Source: the human T2T-CHM13v2.0 reference genome, Homo sapiens
Reading direction: 5' to 3' (one strand)
DNA length: 64,000 nucleotides
Assembly (NCBI RefSeq): GCF_009914755.1
Contig: NC_060946.1
The translations under genes were made by a program, and so were the position numbers. The notes beneath the pieces are model-generated. The model was not told the DNA's origin. It made no database searches and worked only from the letters and a program-made list of their open reading frames with translations. Every line of letters starts with the position of its first letter. Position 1 is the stretch's first letter. Positions 1 to 12,600 of this stretch are shown piece by piece.

Positions 1-16
1 GTCCGCTGTGCTGAAA
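1..16 (-). promoter_or_regulatory. Candidate RE1/NRSE (REST) site, truncated by the window edge
   Basis: Minus strand reads TTCAGCACAGCGGAC against consensus TTCAGCACCACGGAC(AG), 13/15. Confidence 0.35.
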
Positions 17-410
17 TGCCATTGTGTTCTGGGCTGCTTGCAGGGCCACCTTCTAATCCTGGAATGTCAATCATATCTATCACATCTCCCACAGCTCATA
101 ATTTCTCCTAATTTATTGATGAAAAGCTTGTGATTTATGTGCTATTAAAGAAAAAAATTGAGCCACGATTTAGGTGTGACTATATAGGGATCTAATTTTA
201 TGAACATTTGATTATGTTTCCAACAATTACAAATTGATTTTCCCTCTGGGAACTTGAGTGGGGAAATCATTACAACTACCCACCTCCCATATCCTGATTT
301 GGCATGCTTAGGGTTATTATTAATCTAATAGAGGAATAAATTATACACAATGCAAAGGTAAACATCAGTTTGAGGTATGCATTTGATGAATATATCCAAC
401 AAACATTTAC

Positions 411-1800
411 TTTTTAAAATTTTTTTTTTATTTCCATAGGTTTTGGGAGAACAGGTGGTATTTGGTTACATTAGTAAGTTCTTCAGTGGCGATTTGTGAG
501 ATTTTGGTGCACCCATCACCTGAGCAGTATTCACTGAACACAATTTGTACTCTTTTATCCCTCACCCCCTCCCACTATTTCCCCTGAGTCCCTGAAGTCT
601 ATGGTATCATTCTTATGCCTTTTCATCCTCATAGCTTAGCTCCCACTTATGAGTAAGAACATAGGATGTTTTGTTTTCCATTCTTGAGTTACTATGCTTA
701 GAATAATAGTCTTCAGTTCCATCCACGTTGCTTCAAATGCCATTAATTTGTTCCTTTTTATGACTGAGTAATATTCCATCATATATACATATGACAATTT
801 TGGAGAGAATTGAGGCAATTCTTTTGGAAAGAATTGATATATTACATATAGGCATAGATATAGACATTATATATATATATACATATCACAATTTCTTTAT
901 CTGCTCATTGATTGATGGGCATTTGAGGTGGTTCCATATTTTTGCAACAGCGAATTGTGCTGCTATAATCATGTGTGTGCAAGTATCTTTTTCATATAAT
1001 GACCTCTTTTCTTCTGGGTAGATACCTAGTAGTGGGATTGCTGGATCAAATGGTAGTTCTAGTTTTAGTTCTTTAAGGAATCTCTACACTGTCATCCATA
1101 GTGGTTGTACTAGTTTACATTCCCACCAGCAGTGTAGAAGTGTCCCCTTTTCACTGCATCCGTGCCAACGTCTATTGTATTTTGATTTTTTTTGTTATGG
1201 CCATTCTTGCAGGAGTAAGATGGTATTGCATTGTGGATTTGATTTTCATTTCCCTGATCATTAGTGATGTTGAGCATTTTTTCATATGTTTGTTGGCCAT
1301 TTGTATATCTTCTTTTGAGAATTATCTATTCATGTCCTTAGCCCACTTTTTGATGGGATTATTTGTTTTTTTCTTGCTAATTTATTTAAGTTCATTGTAG
1401 ATTATGGATATTAGTCCTTTGTTGGACGTATAGAGTGTGAAGATTTTCTCTCACTCTGTGGGTTGTCTGTTTACTCTGCTGACTGTTACTTTTACTGAGC
1501 AGAAGCTCTTTAGTTTAATTAAGTCTCACCTATTTATCTTTGTTTTTGTTGCATTTGCTTTTGGGTTCTTGGTCATGAAGTCTTTGCCTAAGCCAATGTC
1601 TAGAAGGGTTATTCGATGTATCTTCTAGAAGTTTTATAGTTTCAGGTCTTAGATTTAAGTCCTTGATCAATGTTGAGTTGATTTTTGTATAAGGTGACTG
1701 ATGAGGATCCAGTTTCATTCTCCTACATGTGACTTGCCAATCATCCCAGCGCCATTTGTTGTGTAGGGTGTCCTTTCCCCACTTTATGTCTTTGTTTGCT
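411..1800 (-). mobile_element. 5'-truncated LINE-1 (L1PB-like): 3' UTR and ORF2 C-terminus, inserted into an L2 3' end
   Basis: Poly-T followed by an L1PB-type 3' UTR. ORFs 636..818 and 1530..1823 (-) resemble ORF2 fragments. Approximate TSD caacaaac(c)attta at ~397 and ~1802. Confidence 0.88.
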
Positions 1801-2400
1801 TCAACAAACCATTTATTGACCACTTACTGTACTGCATGGATTCAGGAAACAGAGGGTATAGAGATGAATCATAGTCCCTAACCTTGTGAAATTTACAATC
1901 TAATGAGGAAGACAGACTCTGAACAAGGAGTTACAAGAGAAATACACAGAGGAGACAAGTAGTGTGTGCCTACTAAGCATAAAGTACAGATGCTGTAAAA
2001 AGACAAAATTGGCCAAGGTGAGGTCTCTCCTTTGAAAGAATAGAGTTGGGAGGGTAGATAAGCGTGAATAAAATGGGGATGAAATAATAAAAATTGTGGT
2101 TCAGGCAAAATTGATACGAGTATTTTGGAGAAGTCAGATTGGACTGAGATTATTGGAGGTAGCTTTAAGGAGGAGGTGGGATTGGTCAAGGAGGAGCAAC
2201 AGAGGAGACCAGTGGATTTCAGCTGAGTGATCATCCAGAAGTGAGGAAGAGTTAGCCTCCACGATTGGGAAACAGAGGGAAATAAGGAGTTTGTTTGACC
2301 CAGCCCTAGTGGGTCTTGAAAGCTTAGTCAAACCATTTGGGTTTTCTCTTGTTTCCAGGGTAGCAAGTGAGTTCTATGAGACAAAAGAATTCTGGAAATA
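1801..2400 (-). mobile_element. L2 3' fragment (one of many L2/MIR fossils in the window; not all are listed)
   Basis: caacaaaccatttattgaccacttactgt resembles the reverse complement of the L2 3' end. Confidence 0.6.
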
Positions 2401-2524
2401 ATCTGTTGGCCAGAGGTATAATGGGAATATATATATATATTTAATATATTGATATACAAACAAATATATATTTATATTGATATATAAAAGATATATATAT
2501 GCACCTTTTATATATTGATATATT

Positions 2525-2525
<1 letters not shown>

Positions 2526-2574
<49 letters not shown>
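2526..2574. repeat. (TATC)~12 tetranucleotide STR after an AT-rich tract
   Basis: Seen directly. Confidence 0.95.
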
Positions 2575-4871
2575 CTTTTAAAAAGAAATACATGGCCCTT
2601 CTTGTGAGAAGAAGAACATATATGGCAGGTGTGAGACTCAACTGCAGCACATCTCCTCATGTAAATCTGCAGAAATCTTTGAGGGAAAAAGGGAAAGATA
2701 TTAATCCAGATGTGATTAGGAACCAGGATGTAACATACAAACTCATTCATTTATTCTTGTATTCAAGTATTTAGTACATAGCCTTTTCTATGTGCCCATA
2801 TTGCAGCTGCTGGTGCTAGTTTTATAAACGCAAATACCATTCCCATTCTCAGGCTTCTTTCCTAGTGTGAAGGACAGATGTAAGTGTTACCAGCACAGGG
2901 AGCTCAGGGAGCTTGTAATGGGTGACAAAACTAGTCTAGAAAGCCAGAGAGGTGATATTTAAGCAGAGAACCTGAAATCCAGGTAAGAAAGACTAGCCAG
3001 ACGGGAGAAGGAGGACCAGCATGTGCATGGGTCGATGGGGGAGCTTCTGAAAGCCCAGGACATGAAGCTCAAATTCTTTATCAAGAGAAACCTTGGTCCC
3101 TAAAGGGAGACCACCATGAGTTCACTAGACTTTCAAAGCAAATCACAAGGGTGACGAAATGGTTTGAGCACAGGGCTGAGAACTTTGATTTCTTTTCAAT
3201 TCACAAAATTACTAAGCTCATATTTTGAGCAGCTACATCCATTTTCCCTTCTTCCCATAGTCTTGCCCTGCTATATTGACTACCATTCAGTCTCAGAATT
3301 AATGTCATTTCCACAAAGAAGCCCCCAGGAGCACCTAGCCCTGGTTCCCCTAAATTCCTATGGAAAGGACTCTTGGTATCACTCAGCACTTTCATGCTTC
3401 CCATGGTCTACCGGGTGCCACATGCCACATTAACTCCTCCCCTGGACTCATTTCCACAACCACCCAAGAGGGGGAAGTTATTACCTGCAGAGTTTACAGT
3501 CCTGCATTTCAAATCCAACACCACTGCCTACTGTGTAACCTGGAGGCAAGTATGTTTACTTCTCTGAGCCTTCTTGTCGTCATTTGTAAAACAAGCCTTG
3601 CAGAAGTAGCCCCCACCCGTCAGGGTGCATGTGACGGCTAATGGAGATATGCAAGTGCGCTTAGCACTGTGTCTGCTCATCCATGTCTCAATATCTCTGG
3701 ATGAGACATCAAGACTCAGATAAGTAAAATAAAGCATCCAAGGTCACCTCATGTGTAAGTGGAAGATGCTGGATTTGAATGAAAAGTTCTGTGACTCCAA
3801 AATCCACATTCTTTCCATCCTGCCATAATGCCTTTATTGACATCCTTTTATCTTCTCAAATCACACATTTAAGGAATACAGACCCTACGTCCAGCTCTGC
3901 ACAAATGTTGTCCCAATTCCCAATGATCATCTGAGATAGACAGTTTCCCTTTTATGCAGTGGCCTGTAGGGCAAATCTGATCTTCCCAAAGCTGGTCCTT
4001 ACTCAGCATTTACAGTGCAGGAAAATCTCCACTCCACCTGGTTGCTCAGGCAGAAGCCTGGGCATCCTCCTTGATCTCTTCCTTCTCTCAGCCTTCTCCC
4101 CTCTCTATCCAACTCAATCCCAAGACTTCTTGACTCTAAACAGATCTGTTTTAAATCTTGTTCACCTTTTAGTCCCCACAGCTAGCCATGCCTCATCATC
4201 TCTCACCTGGACTGATCTTTTTGCTTCCACCCTTAATCCCTCTCAAAGCTCCAGCCAGAAAGTAGAGTGATCTTTGCAATTCTAGTGATGTCCCCTCTAC
4301 CTCACGTGTGAAACCCCCCATTGCTTTTGACAGAGCATCTAAATCCTGCAACATGGACAGCTAAGATTATCGTTGGCCATCTCTCAGATCAAGGATTCCA
4401 GTCACAAAACTTGGTGTTAGCAACACAAAGAGTAAACTCAGGGTCATTCCAATTCTGGAATCTTGGCAGATTCTGAGGCTGCATTTGCTAGGGCAAGCAC
4501 TGCCTGGGAGGATGTGAATATTTGGTAACTGTGAGAGTTCTGAGGTTGACAACAGAGCACAGGCTTTGTCAGGGCCCTCTCTGGTCAGAGGCACATGGAT
4601 CAGGAAAAGCTTCTGCCCTGATCTTGTCACTCTGTAGCTGTGTGACCTTTGGCAAATCACTTAACCTCTCTGAGCTTCAGTTCTGTTTATTATGCAAATA
4701 CAAATGAGGAAGATGGATGAAACAAGCTGTATGACTTCCAGAATTTAATGCCAAAATGGGTCATTAGATAGAACCCATGAAATTATCAAAATTTGACCTT
4801 TTTAAAGTTTACCTATTAAAATACATGGTAATATCATATGTTTATACTTCTCTAAAGGAACAGACATTTGC

Positions 4872-5086
4872 CAGGGCTGGCAAACTTTTTCTCTAAAGGG
4901 CCAAATAGTAAATATTTTATGCTTTGATGGTTATTTAGTCTCTGGGGCATCTATTCAACTCTGCATGAAAGCATCCTTAGACAATACATAAAAAGAAAAA
5001 GCAGGACCATGTTCCAGTGAAACTTAATTTACAAAAACAGGAGGAAAGCCAAATTTGGCCAGTGGGCTGTAGTTTGCCAATGCCTG
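4872..5086 (+). mobile_element. MER58A-like hAT-Charlie MITE
   Basis: TIRs cagggctggcaaact / agtttgccaatgcctg; internal aagggccaaatagtaaatatttt. Confidence 0.8.
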
Positions 5087-6567
5087 CTTTAAACCCATGG
5101 ATTTTCTGTTATCACAGGAAGGGGAAATGATTGGGATGTGAAGTTTGGAGTTTTAATGGAGCTTCTGCAAGTGCTTAGCAAGCAGCAAATATGAGTTTAT
5201 TTCCTCCCTTCCTTGTATCTTCTTCCAAGAAAAGCAACTTAGAGACAATAATATGGGGATATTCTGCAGGCTACGGTGCATTCATATTGCACTAGATGTG
5301 TTTTAGGGGTGGAGGAAGTTTACAGACAGGACCACCTATCATTGATCTCTCCCCCTCTTAGCCCCCACTCTTAATGACATTTTGAACAGTGTAGCAGGAT
5401 CCTATATGCCCCACTCTCTGGAAGCTCCTCCCTGTGGCTGGGCATCATGAAAACTTATCCTGGGAGGAGGTAGGGATGGCATAGCTGGGGCAAGTTTCCT
5501 TACACCACCCTGTGCACCTCCCTTGTCAACCTGAATTGCCTTAGCTTATGCTCTGTCCTCTTCTGGTAACCCGGAAAAGTCCTCTGAGCCTGATAGGAAT
5601 TCAGATCTGCCTTGTGTGAACAGAACCTCCCGCACGCAAGTTCTGAGCTGAGAAAAAAAATGAATGCTTCCATCAAATTAGGCCAAGTAATATCCATCTA
5701 CTCTAGGGGGAAATTATTTAAATAGCATCAAAATCAATTTCCATGCCATTAAATATTCTGGTCTGTGTTTTAATTGAGACGATTACATATTCCCCAAAAA
5801 GAGAAGAGCTATTTGAAGAATCGTGTCTTTTCTCTCTTCCTCTCACTGGAACTGACAAGGAAAGCACCTCAGAGAGCTGCAAACCGCCTGTTAGCCTGCC
5901 TTCGTTCCTATCCATCTTCTTTAGAGCTAACCTGGTTTATTATTTTTCTTTAAGAAATAAAAATGGAGCTCTAAGAGGCACCCAGGGCACTGGGAACTCT
6001 GAGTTCTTCAAATAGAATAAACCAGGTCATTCTCTCTTCTTCTTCTTAAGGGCTTGGGTTTGTGGTCGGTGGCAAGAGGCAGACAAGCCTTTGATGTCCT
6101 AGGAGCAGATAGGGAGGTGAGGATCATTCCCAACCTCTGCTGCTCCCAGGCCTTCTTCCTATTCAGTAAATATTTTGGGTGCATCTTCCATGGTCCAAGA
6201 ACTCACTGTGGCTCCCTGGAGGAGCTCCCAGTCTGATGGGGGGATGTTCCTGAAAACAAGTCATTATAATGCAACATACAAGGCTCTCCACCTGACCACT
6301 GCCTCGCTGCCATCATGGACATGAGCTGTGTGCATCCTGTCAAGCTAGTCAAGGCCACCAAGGTGCTGGGTAGGACCAGCTCACAAGGACAGTGCACACG
6401 GGTGTGTGTGGAATTTATGGTGAGTCAGAGCAAGAGGCTGCGGAGGCTGTGCTGCACTCGATTGCTGAGTCCTCAATGGCAGAGTTGACTGCTTGGCCCA
6501 CAGAGATGATCTGTGACTATTAAATGAAGCATTTATGTTGTGTGTTAAAAAAATCAAAATAAAAAGC

Positions 6568-6965
<398 letters not shown>

Positions 6966-8892
6966 TCATTATCTTTGCCATGCTTTATTCAAGTCTGACT
7001 TTCTTTCTAGACTTAGGGCAGAGACCAGGTCAGTTCTGTTTCTATTGTGTTCCCAATACCTATAAAGTGGCAAGCAGAGTAGAGGCTCAATCAGAATTAA
7101 ATGCATAAAGCAACAAATGAATGAATGAATGCAAGGTGAAAGCAATGAATGAATGAATGCAAAGTGCTGCTGGAATATGGGGGAAGAAGCACCTATTTCT
7201 ATCAAAGGGATGTAAAGAAGGCTTTGCAAAGAAATGATGTTAGAGCTGAGATGAATAAAGGCTCATCTTCACCAGATGGCCAATTAGAGGGAAGGTATTT
7301 TGAGCAGAGGAAATCGTGTGTACAGAGTCAAAATAATATAATTAAACCAAGAGCTAACATTTATTATTTACTATGTTCTAGGCTCTTTACTTGCATCTGC
7401 TCATTTAATTCTCACAACTACCATATGAGGTGGTGCTCTCATACCCATTTCACAGATGAGGAGATTGAGGTCACGATGGCTAACTCTCTAAGCTCACACT
7501 TCTAGGAAATGACAAAAATGTGCCTCAGTGGCTTTACTAATCCTGTGATACCAAGCTTGGCTGTCACTGCCAGGTTTTCCTGCCTGCCCTTCCAAAACGT
7601 GGGTTTTCAAAACACAGGAAAGTATCCAGGGGTTTGATATGGCTGTAAAATGAGTGCTGGAAAGTAGGACATGAGGCTGGTAATATAACCAAGGACCTTT
7701 TTGTAGAGAGCTTTGAATGCTAGGCTAAAGATCTTGTGGTCAATATTTCCCAAACTGGAATTCTGCAAAACACTATTTTACAAGATGTAAATAAGTGAGC
7801 TCTGGGTAAAGAGGGAGTAGGGGGGAAATTCATTAAGCAAATTATTTGGGAAACATAGCTTCAACCAAGCTAAACACATTTTCTGTTTGCTGCAGGATTT
7901 GTCAGAGCCTCTACCATGAAAGTAGGCATTTTAATTGTGCAAGAGACAGAAAAGGCACTTCGAACTTAATTTTTGAGGCGTATTTCTCAATAACCCACAG
8001 AATAGTGAATTTGGGCATTGCTAGCATAGATGATGGAGATCCATGGAGGGAATTTAAGGATTTAAGGTCAGATGAGAGGGGTCACCAGGACTGCAGGGAA
8101 GGTGACTGAAATTAAGAGGCAGGAGTTAGAGGGTTTGCTGAATTCAAGACCCTCCCAGTCAGGATGTGCTGAAGACCAACAGGAAGAGGAAGTCTGGCTG
8201 CATCTGGACCATTGGCATCAAAGACAGGTTTCTACTCACAGTGGGTCCAGTGGGGAAGAAACTGAATTCATACACATGGCACTATTCAAACAAAGCCATG
8301 CTGCCTCTCTATAGAACAATGGGCTGGCTTTTCAGGGCAATTTAATGACTGTGGCAAATCGCCCAGGCCATCAATTAAATACCAATCCAATTTCCTTCCA
8401 ATGCATTCTCTGCCTCAGGAGTTTCCTTTGTAACGTGGAACAAATCTGGCTGATGAGGTGGGAAGATGGATTGGCCAACATGCACAATGACTTTGTCCTC
8501 TGCCTGGGCCAGCTTCTCAGATCTTGTCTCTCTTTCTGAAGGAGATCACCCGGTATGAACAGAAAAGTAGATAGAATTAGATCACAGGACATTTTTAAAG
8601 TGATAAGAGGCATCTTGTTTAGCCTAGCCCCTCCACCCCTGCTTTACCTAAGGGGAAACTGAGGCTCAGCAAGGAGGGGCAACATGACCAAGGTCACACA
8701 ACTGTTAAATTAGCTTCCTAAACTGGTCTCCCAGTTTGAGTCTTTCTCCAGTCCAGTACACTCCCTCTTCAGTAGCCAGGGGGATCTAGCACCTTAATCT
8801 GATCATATGACCCCTTAAGCCAAGAATTCCCCGGAGGCATCCCAATGAATTCAGAATAAAATCTGATAAGATGGAGCAGAGGGCACATAGGC

Positions 8893-9112
8893 CAGGGTCT
8901 CTCCATCTCCGCACAACTGACATTCGGGATGTTTAATTATTTGTTATGGGAAAGGTGCCTGTCCCGTGCATTGTAGGATGTTTAGCAATACCCTCGGCTT
9001 CCATCCACTATATACCAGTAGTACCACTGCCCTAGCTGTGACAACTAAAATTTCTCCCGACATTGCCAAATGTCCTCTGGAGGACCAAATTACCGTCAGT
9101 TGAGAACCAGTG
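8893..9112 (-). mobile_element. MER20 hAT-Charlie
   Basis: gtgcattgtaggatgtttagca...gtgacaactaaaa...gacattgccaaatgtcc...ttgagaaccagtg. Confidence 0.85.
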
Positions 9113-9449
9113 GCCTATGGAAAATTTCAGAAAGCAAGATGTGTCTGAAGAAGGGTTAGGGAATAAATACTGCCTGGTTTATTTACCCAACGTGAGGGCT
9201 TTTGCCCAGCCCTTTAGTCTCTCTGAGCCTCAATTCTTTTATCTATAAGGTGAGAAGGATAATTTCTCCCCTGCAAGGTTTTTGCTCTAGGATCAAACAG
9301 GACAATGGATGTGACTGTGCACTTGACATGAAAAGGTGCTTAAAAGTCACATGATTAACTGTGATGCTGTTCAATGCTGTGCTGGTATAATGGCATGGTT
9401 GGGGGGTATTATGGGATGTAATTGTCTCCATGTCCAGAACTCCTGAAGG

Positions 9450-9605
9450 CAGTGGTTCTTAAATGTTAATAGGCTTGTGACTCACCTGGAGTCCTTGGTA
9501 AGTGTGCGAACACCTTGCTCCCACCTACATCAGTGGGTCAGAATGAGGCCTAGAAATCTGCCTTTTAAAAATCATCCCTGGAGATTCTGCTGCAAGTGGT
9601 CTTTT
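9450..9605. mobile_element. MER5A-like hAT fossil (similar pieces at ~28520, ~38780, ~42430, ~47840)
   Basis: cagtggttcttaaa...gaaatctgccttttaaaaatcatccctggagattctg. Confidence 0.6.
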
Positions 9606-10734
9606 ACGCGTGTAGGAGAAGGCTTCCTCAGAGCTTGAACTAGCAGTACCCACTGCTCTCTGGCAGGGGGTCAGGAACTTAAATGGATGCATAAACCTAG
9701 AGCAGGAGTGGGAGAAGGTATTGCTAACACCACCCCAGGTCAAGATTGGAACCCTAACCTCGTTGTTTGCTGATCTGAGCATTTATTGCATTTTCTGTGT
9801 CCCTCTGGAAATTTGAGGTTAATCCCAATCTTCGACGCACCAGCTCCCGTCCTTGCCTTTATTTTTCATTTGCTAATTATGCAGCGTGACTGCCTCCCAA
9901 ACATATTTTGCTGCTAACGTCTCCCAGTCTCTGATCAAAAATTGTGGTAAAACATTGTCTTGTCATGAGGCTAATAAAGCATGTTATCCTGCCTGTCACA
10001 GAAGCTGCCTTACAGATGCTGTTTGCTATCTGCCAGGGCCTGGCATTAATCTCCCTTCCACTCGGCTACAAGGAATAGAGTCTACTGTGGGAAGATCAAT
10101 ATTGTATTATCTCGGCCACCAGTGTTGTTCCAGCTATGGCCAATGAGTTGTCATTCTCGTGTTACAAGTCAAGTGCACAAAGGAAAAGGACCAGAAAAAA
10201 GAGGGAAGAGAAGCCAGCCCAGAAGGGGACAAGAAAGACAGTATCAGGGAAAAGACCCCGGAGAAAGACTCAGAGAAGCAAGGACATGAAAAGTGGTTAA
10301 GGACACTTGCCCCAGCCTTGGACAGACCCAGGGACACTGCTAAGCCTGCCTTCAGAAGCTTCATGATGACAATTTCATTCTTCTGAACCTCAGTTTTCAT
10401 ATCTATAAAATGGACCCCCCAAAAATAGAACCTGGCACAGAAGGATTGAATAAGATGATGCGTGGTAGAATGTTTAGCCCAGTTAACGCACACAGGGAGG
10501 GCTCAGTGATTATTATGGAGATATTATTGCTGTTGTTCTTGCTGTCATCTTTATTTCTTCCTGGGTAACACTAGACAAGTCACCTTTCCTCCCTGGGCCT
10601 CAATTTCCCCAACTCTAAAATAAGAATTCCTTTGCATCTATGAAACAAAAACAAAACACCAAACAGGAGGCTTAACTTGAAATAGAATTATCAGAGATTT
10701 GGGGAACAGAGATGTTGGTGCTGACAATTGTGAG

Positions 10735-10736
<2 letters not shown>

Positions 10737-10772
<36 letters not shown>
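10737..10772. repeat. (GT)~18 microsatellite
   Basis: Seen directly. Confidence 0.95.
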
Positions 10773-10774
<2 letters not shown>

Positions 10775-11589
10775 CAGAGAGTGAAGCACTCCTGGAGGAA
10801 GAAACAGCATAGATATGATGGACAAAAATTAAGAGGCAAATGTATGGAATAGGAGCTATAGACACCTTCAGTGCTCTGCAGGGAGAGGACCCTTAGAGGT
10901 TTACATTTTGGATTATTGAAGATTTGAGCAATTTTATCTTTATACCCCTTCTTTATCTCTTCCTCATCAAGAGGGGATCAGGTGGAACAGTGGAGGAGGC
11001 ATTGCCTCAAGCTTAAAGCCTGATTGCCTAAGGCTGGCTGTCAAGGAAAACCCCTCGCTGGTGTCTGCTAGGACACTCATCTTTCCTCCTCCTGCCTGGA
11101 CAACCTGCTCCCCAGCCTCGAGCTTCCAACCCTCATAAGTGGGCAGCCACCTTGAAACTTCATTAAAGGCAAGCCCAGCCCCTGCATTCATTTCATGCTT
11201 AGTTAAAGAGGAAGCTGTGAGAAGCAATCCCCATTCAAGGGCGTAATGAGATGTCCACTAATGATCCAGATACAAAAATAAGGATGAAGCGTGGCCAGTC
11301 GACCCTCAGAAGATGACAATTTGTCTTAGAATAATAATGTCTGATTGTCCTCTTTGGGTGCACATGTGTCTGGGTTTTTATTCAAACCATTCATTCGGTG
11401 CTTAGCATATCCCTTCATTCCCAAGTCCTTGAAGGATAGGAACTATAGAACAGCAATAAAATCATAATTATTCGTAGTATGTATATAAACAACATTAGGT
11501 TTCTGTTGCTCTGCTGGTTACAGCATCATAGGAAAGCAGCTGTCTAGATTCTTCATCAAAATCAGAACATTTGCACTAAGTCTTTGTTA

Positions 11590-12600
11590 GTATCTATTAA
11601 ATACAAAAGTACCATATCCTGCAACCAGCATTCTGTTGGGAATATTCCTAACAGAAATGAATATACACATACACCAAAAACATGGAATGGAGTTGATATT
11701 GTTTGGATATGTGTCCCCTCCAAATCTCATGTTGAAATGTGATCCCCAGTGTTGGAGGTGGAGCCTGGTGGCAGGTGTTGGATCATGGGAGCGGATCCCC
11801 CCTCATGATCATAAATGGCTTGGCGTCTTTCCCTTGGTGATGAATGAGTTCTCACTCAGTCAGTTCCTGTGAGATCTGGTTGTTTACAAGTATCTGGGAC
11901 CTCCCCCTTCTCTCTCTTGTTTCTGTTCTTGCCGTGTGATGTGATTGCTCCCGCTTCATCTTCTGCCGTGATTAAAAGCTCCCTGATGCCTCCCCAGAAG
12001 CCCAGCAGATGCTGGCACCATGCTTTCTGTACAGCCTGTGGAACCGTGAGCCAATTAAACCTCTTTTTTTCTAAACTACCCAGCCTTGGGCATTTCTTCA
12101 TGGCAGTGCAAGAGCAGACTAACAGAGAAATGTCTACAGTTGTACTATTCGTAATAATAACTGTGAAGCAACTCATATTGCCCATCAGCACTAAAATGGA
12201 TAAACTGTGATGTAGACAGAAGATGAATAAATTGTGGTGTTGTCCTAAAATGAAATACTACATAGTGAGAAACAAGGAATGAACTACCACTGCATGCAGC
12301 AACATAGATAAATCTTGCAAATATAATGTTGACTGAAAGAAGCCGGATACAAAAGAGAACACGTTGCATAATTAGCCAATGAATTCTCAGTAGTCAGAAT
12401 TGGTCCTTGGCCATAGAAGGCAAAATACAGGTTACCCTTGAAGAGAGCAAACCTAAAAATTCAGAATGTGATGGAAATGTTTTGCATATTTATCTGGTAG
12501 CTATTTATCTAGGTCCTATTTGAGGAATTTCATCAAGCTGTGTTCTTACAATTGGGGGGAGTTTTCTATGTCCGAGTTACATTCAATAAAAGTTTATGAA
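11590..12600 (+). mobile_element. Old L1ME-type 3' fragment interrupted by an MST LTR
   Basis: aatggataaactgtg...gaaatactacatag...gaatgaactaccactgcatgcagcaacatagataaatc. Confidence 0.65.
11694..12126 (+). mobile_element. MSTA/MSTB-like ERVL-MaLR solo LTR
   Basis: tgatattgtttggatatgtgtcccctccaaatctcatgttgaaatgtgatcccc...ccaattaaacctc...gactaaca. Confidence 0.88.

Noticed and set aside
10159-10386. Charged 75-aa ORF (KEKDQKKEGRE...)
   Set aside because: Purine-rich bias running into a MIR; no splice or homology support.
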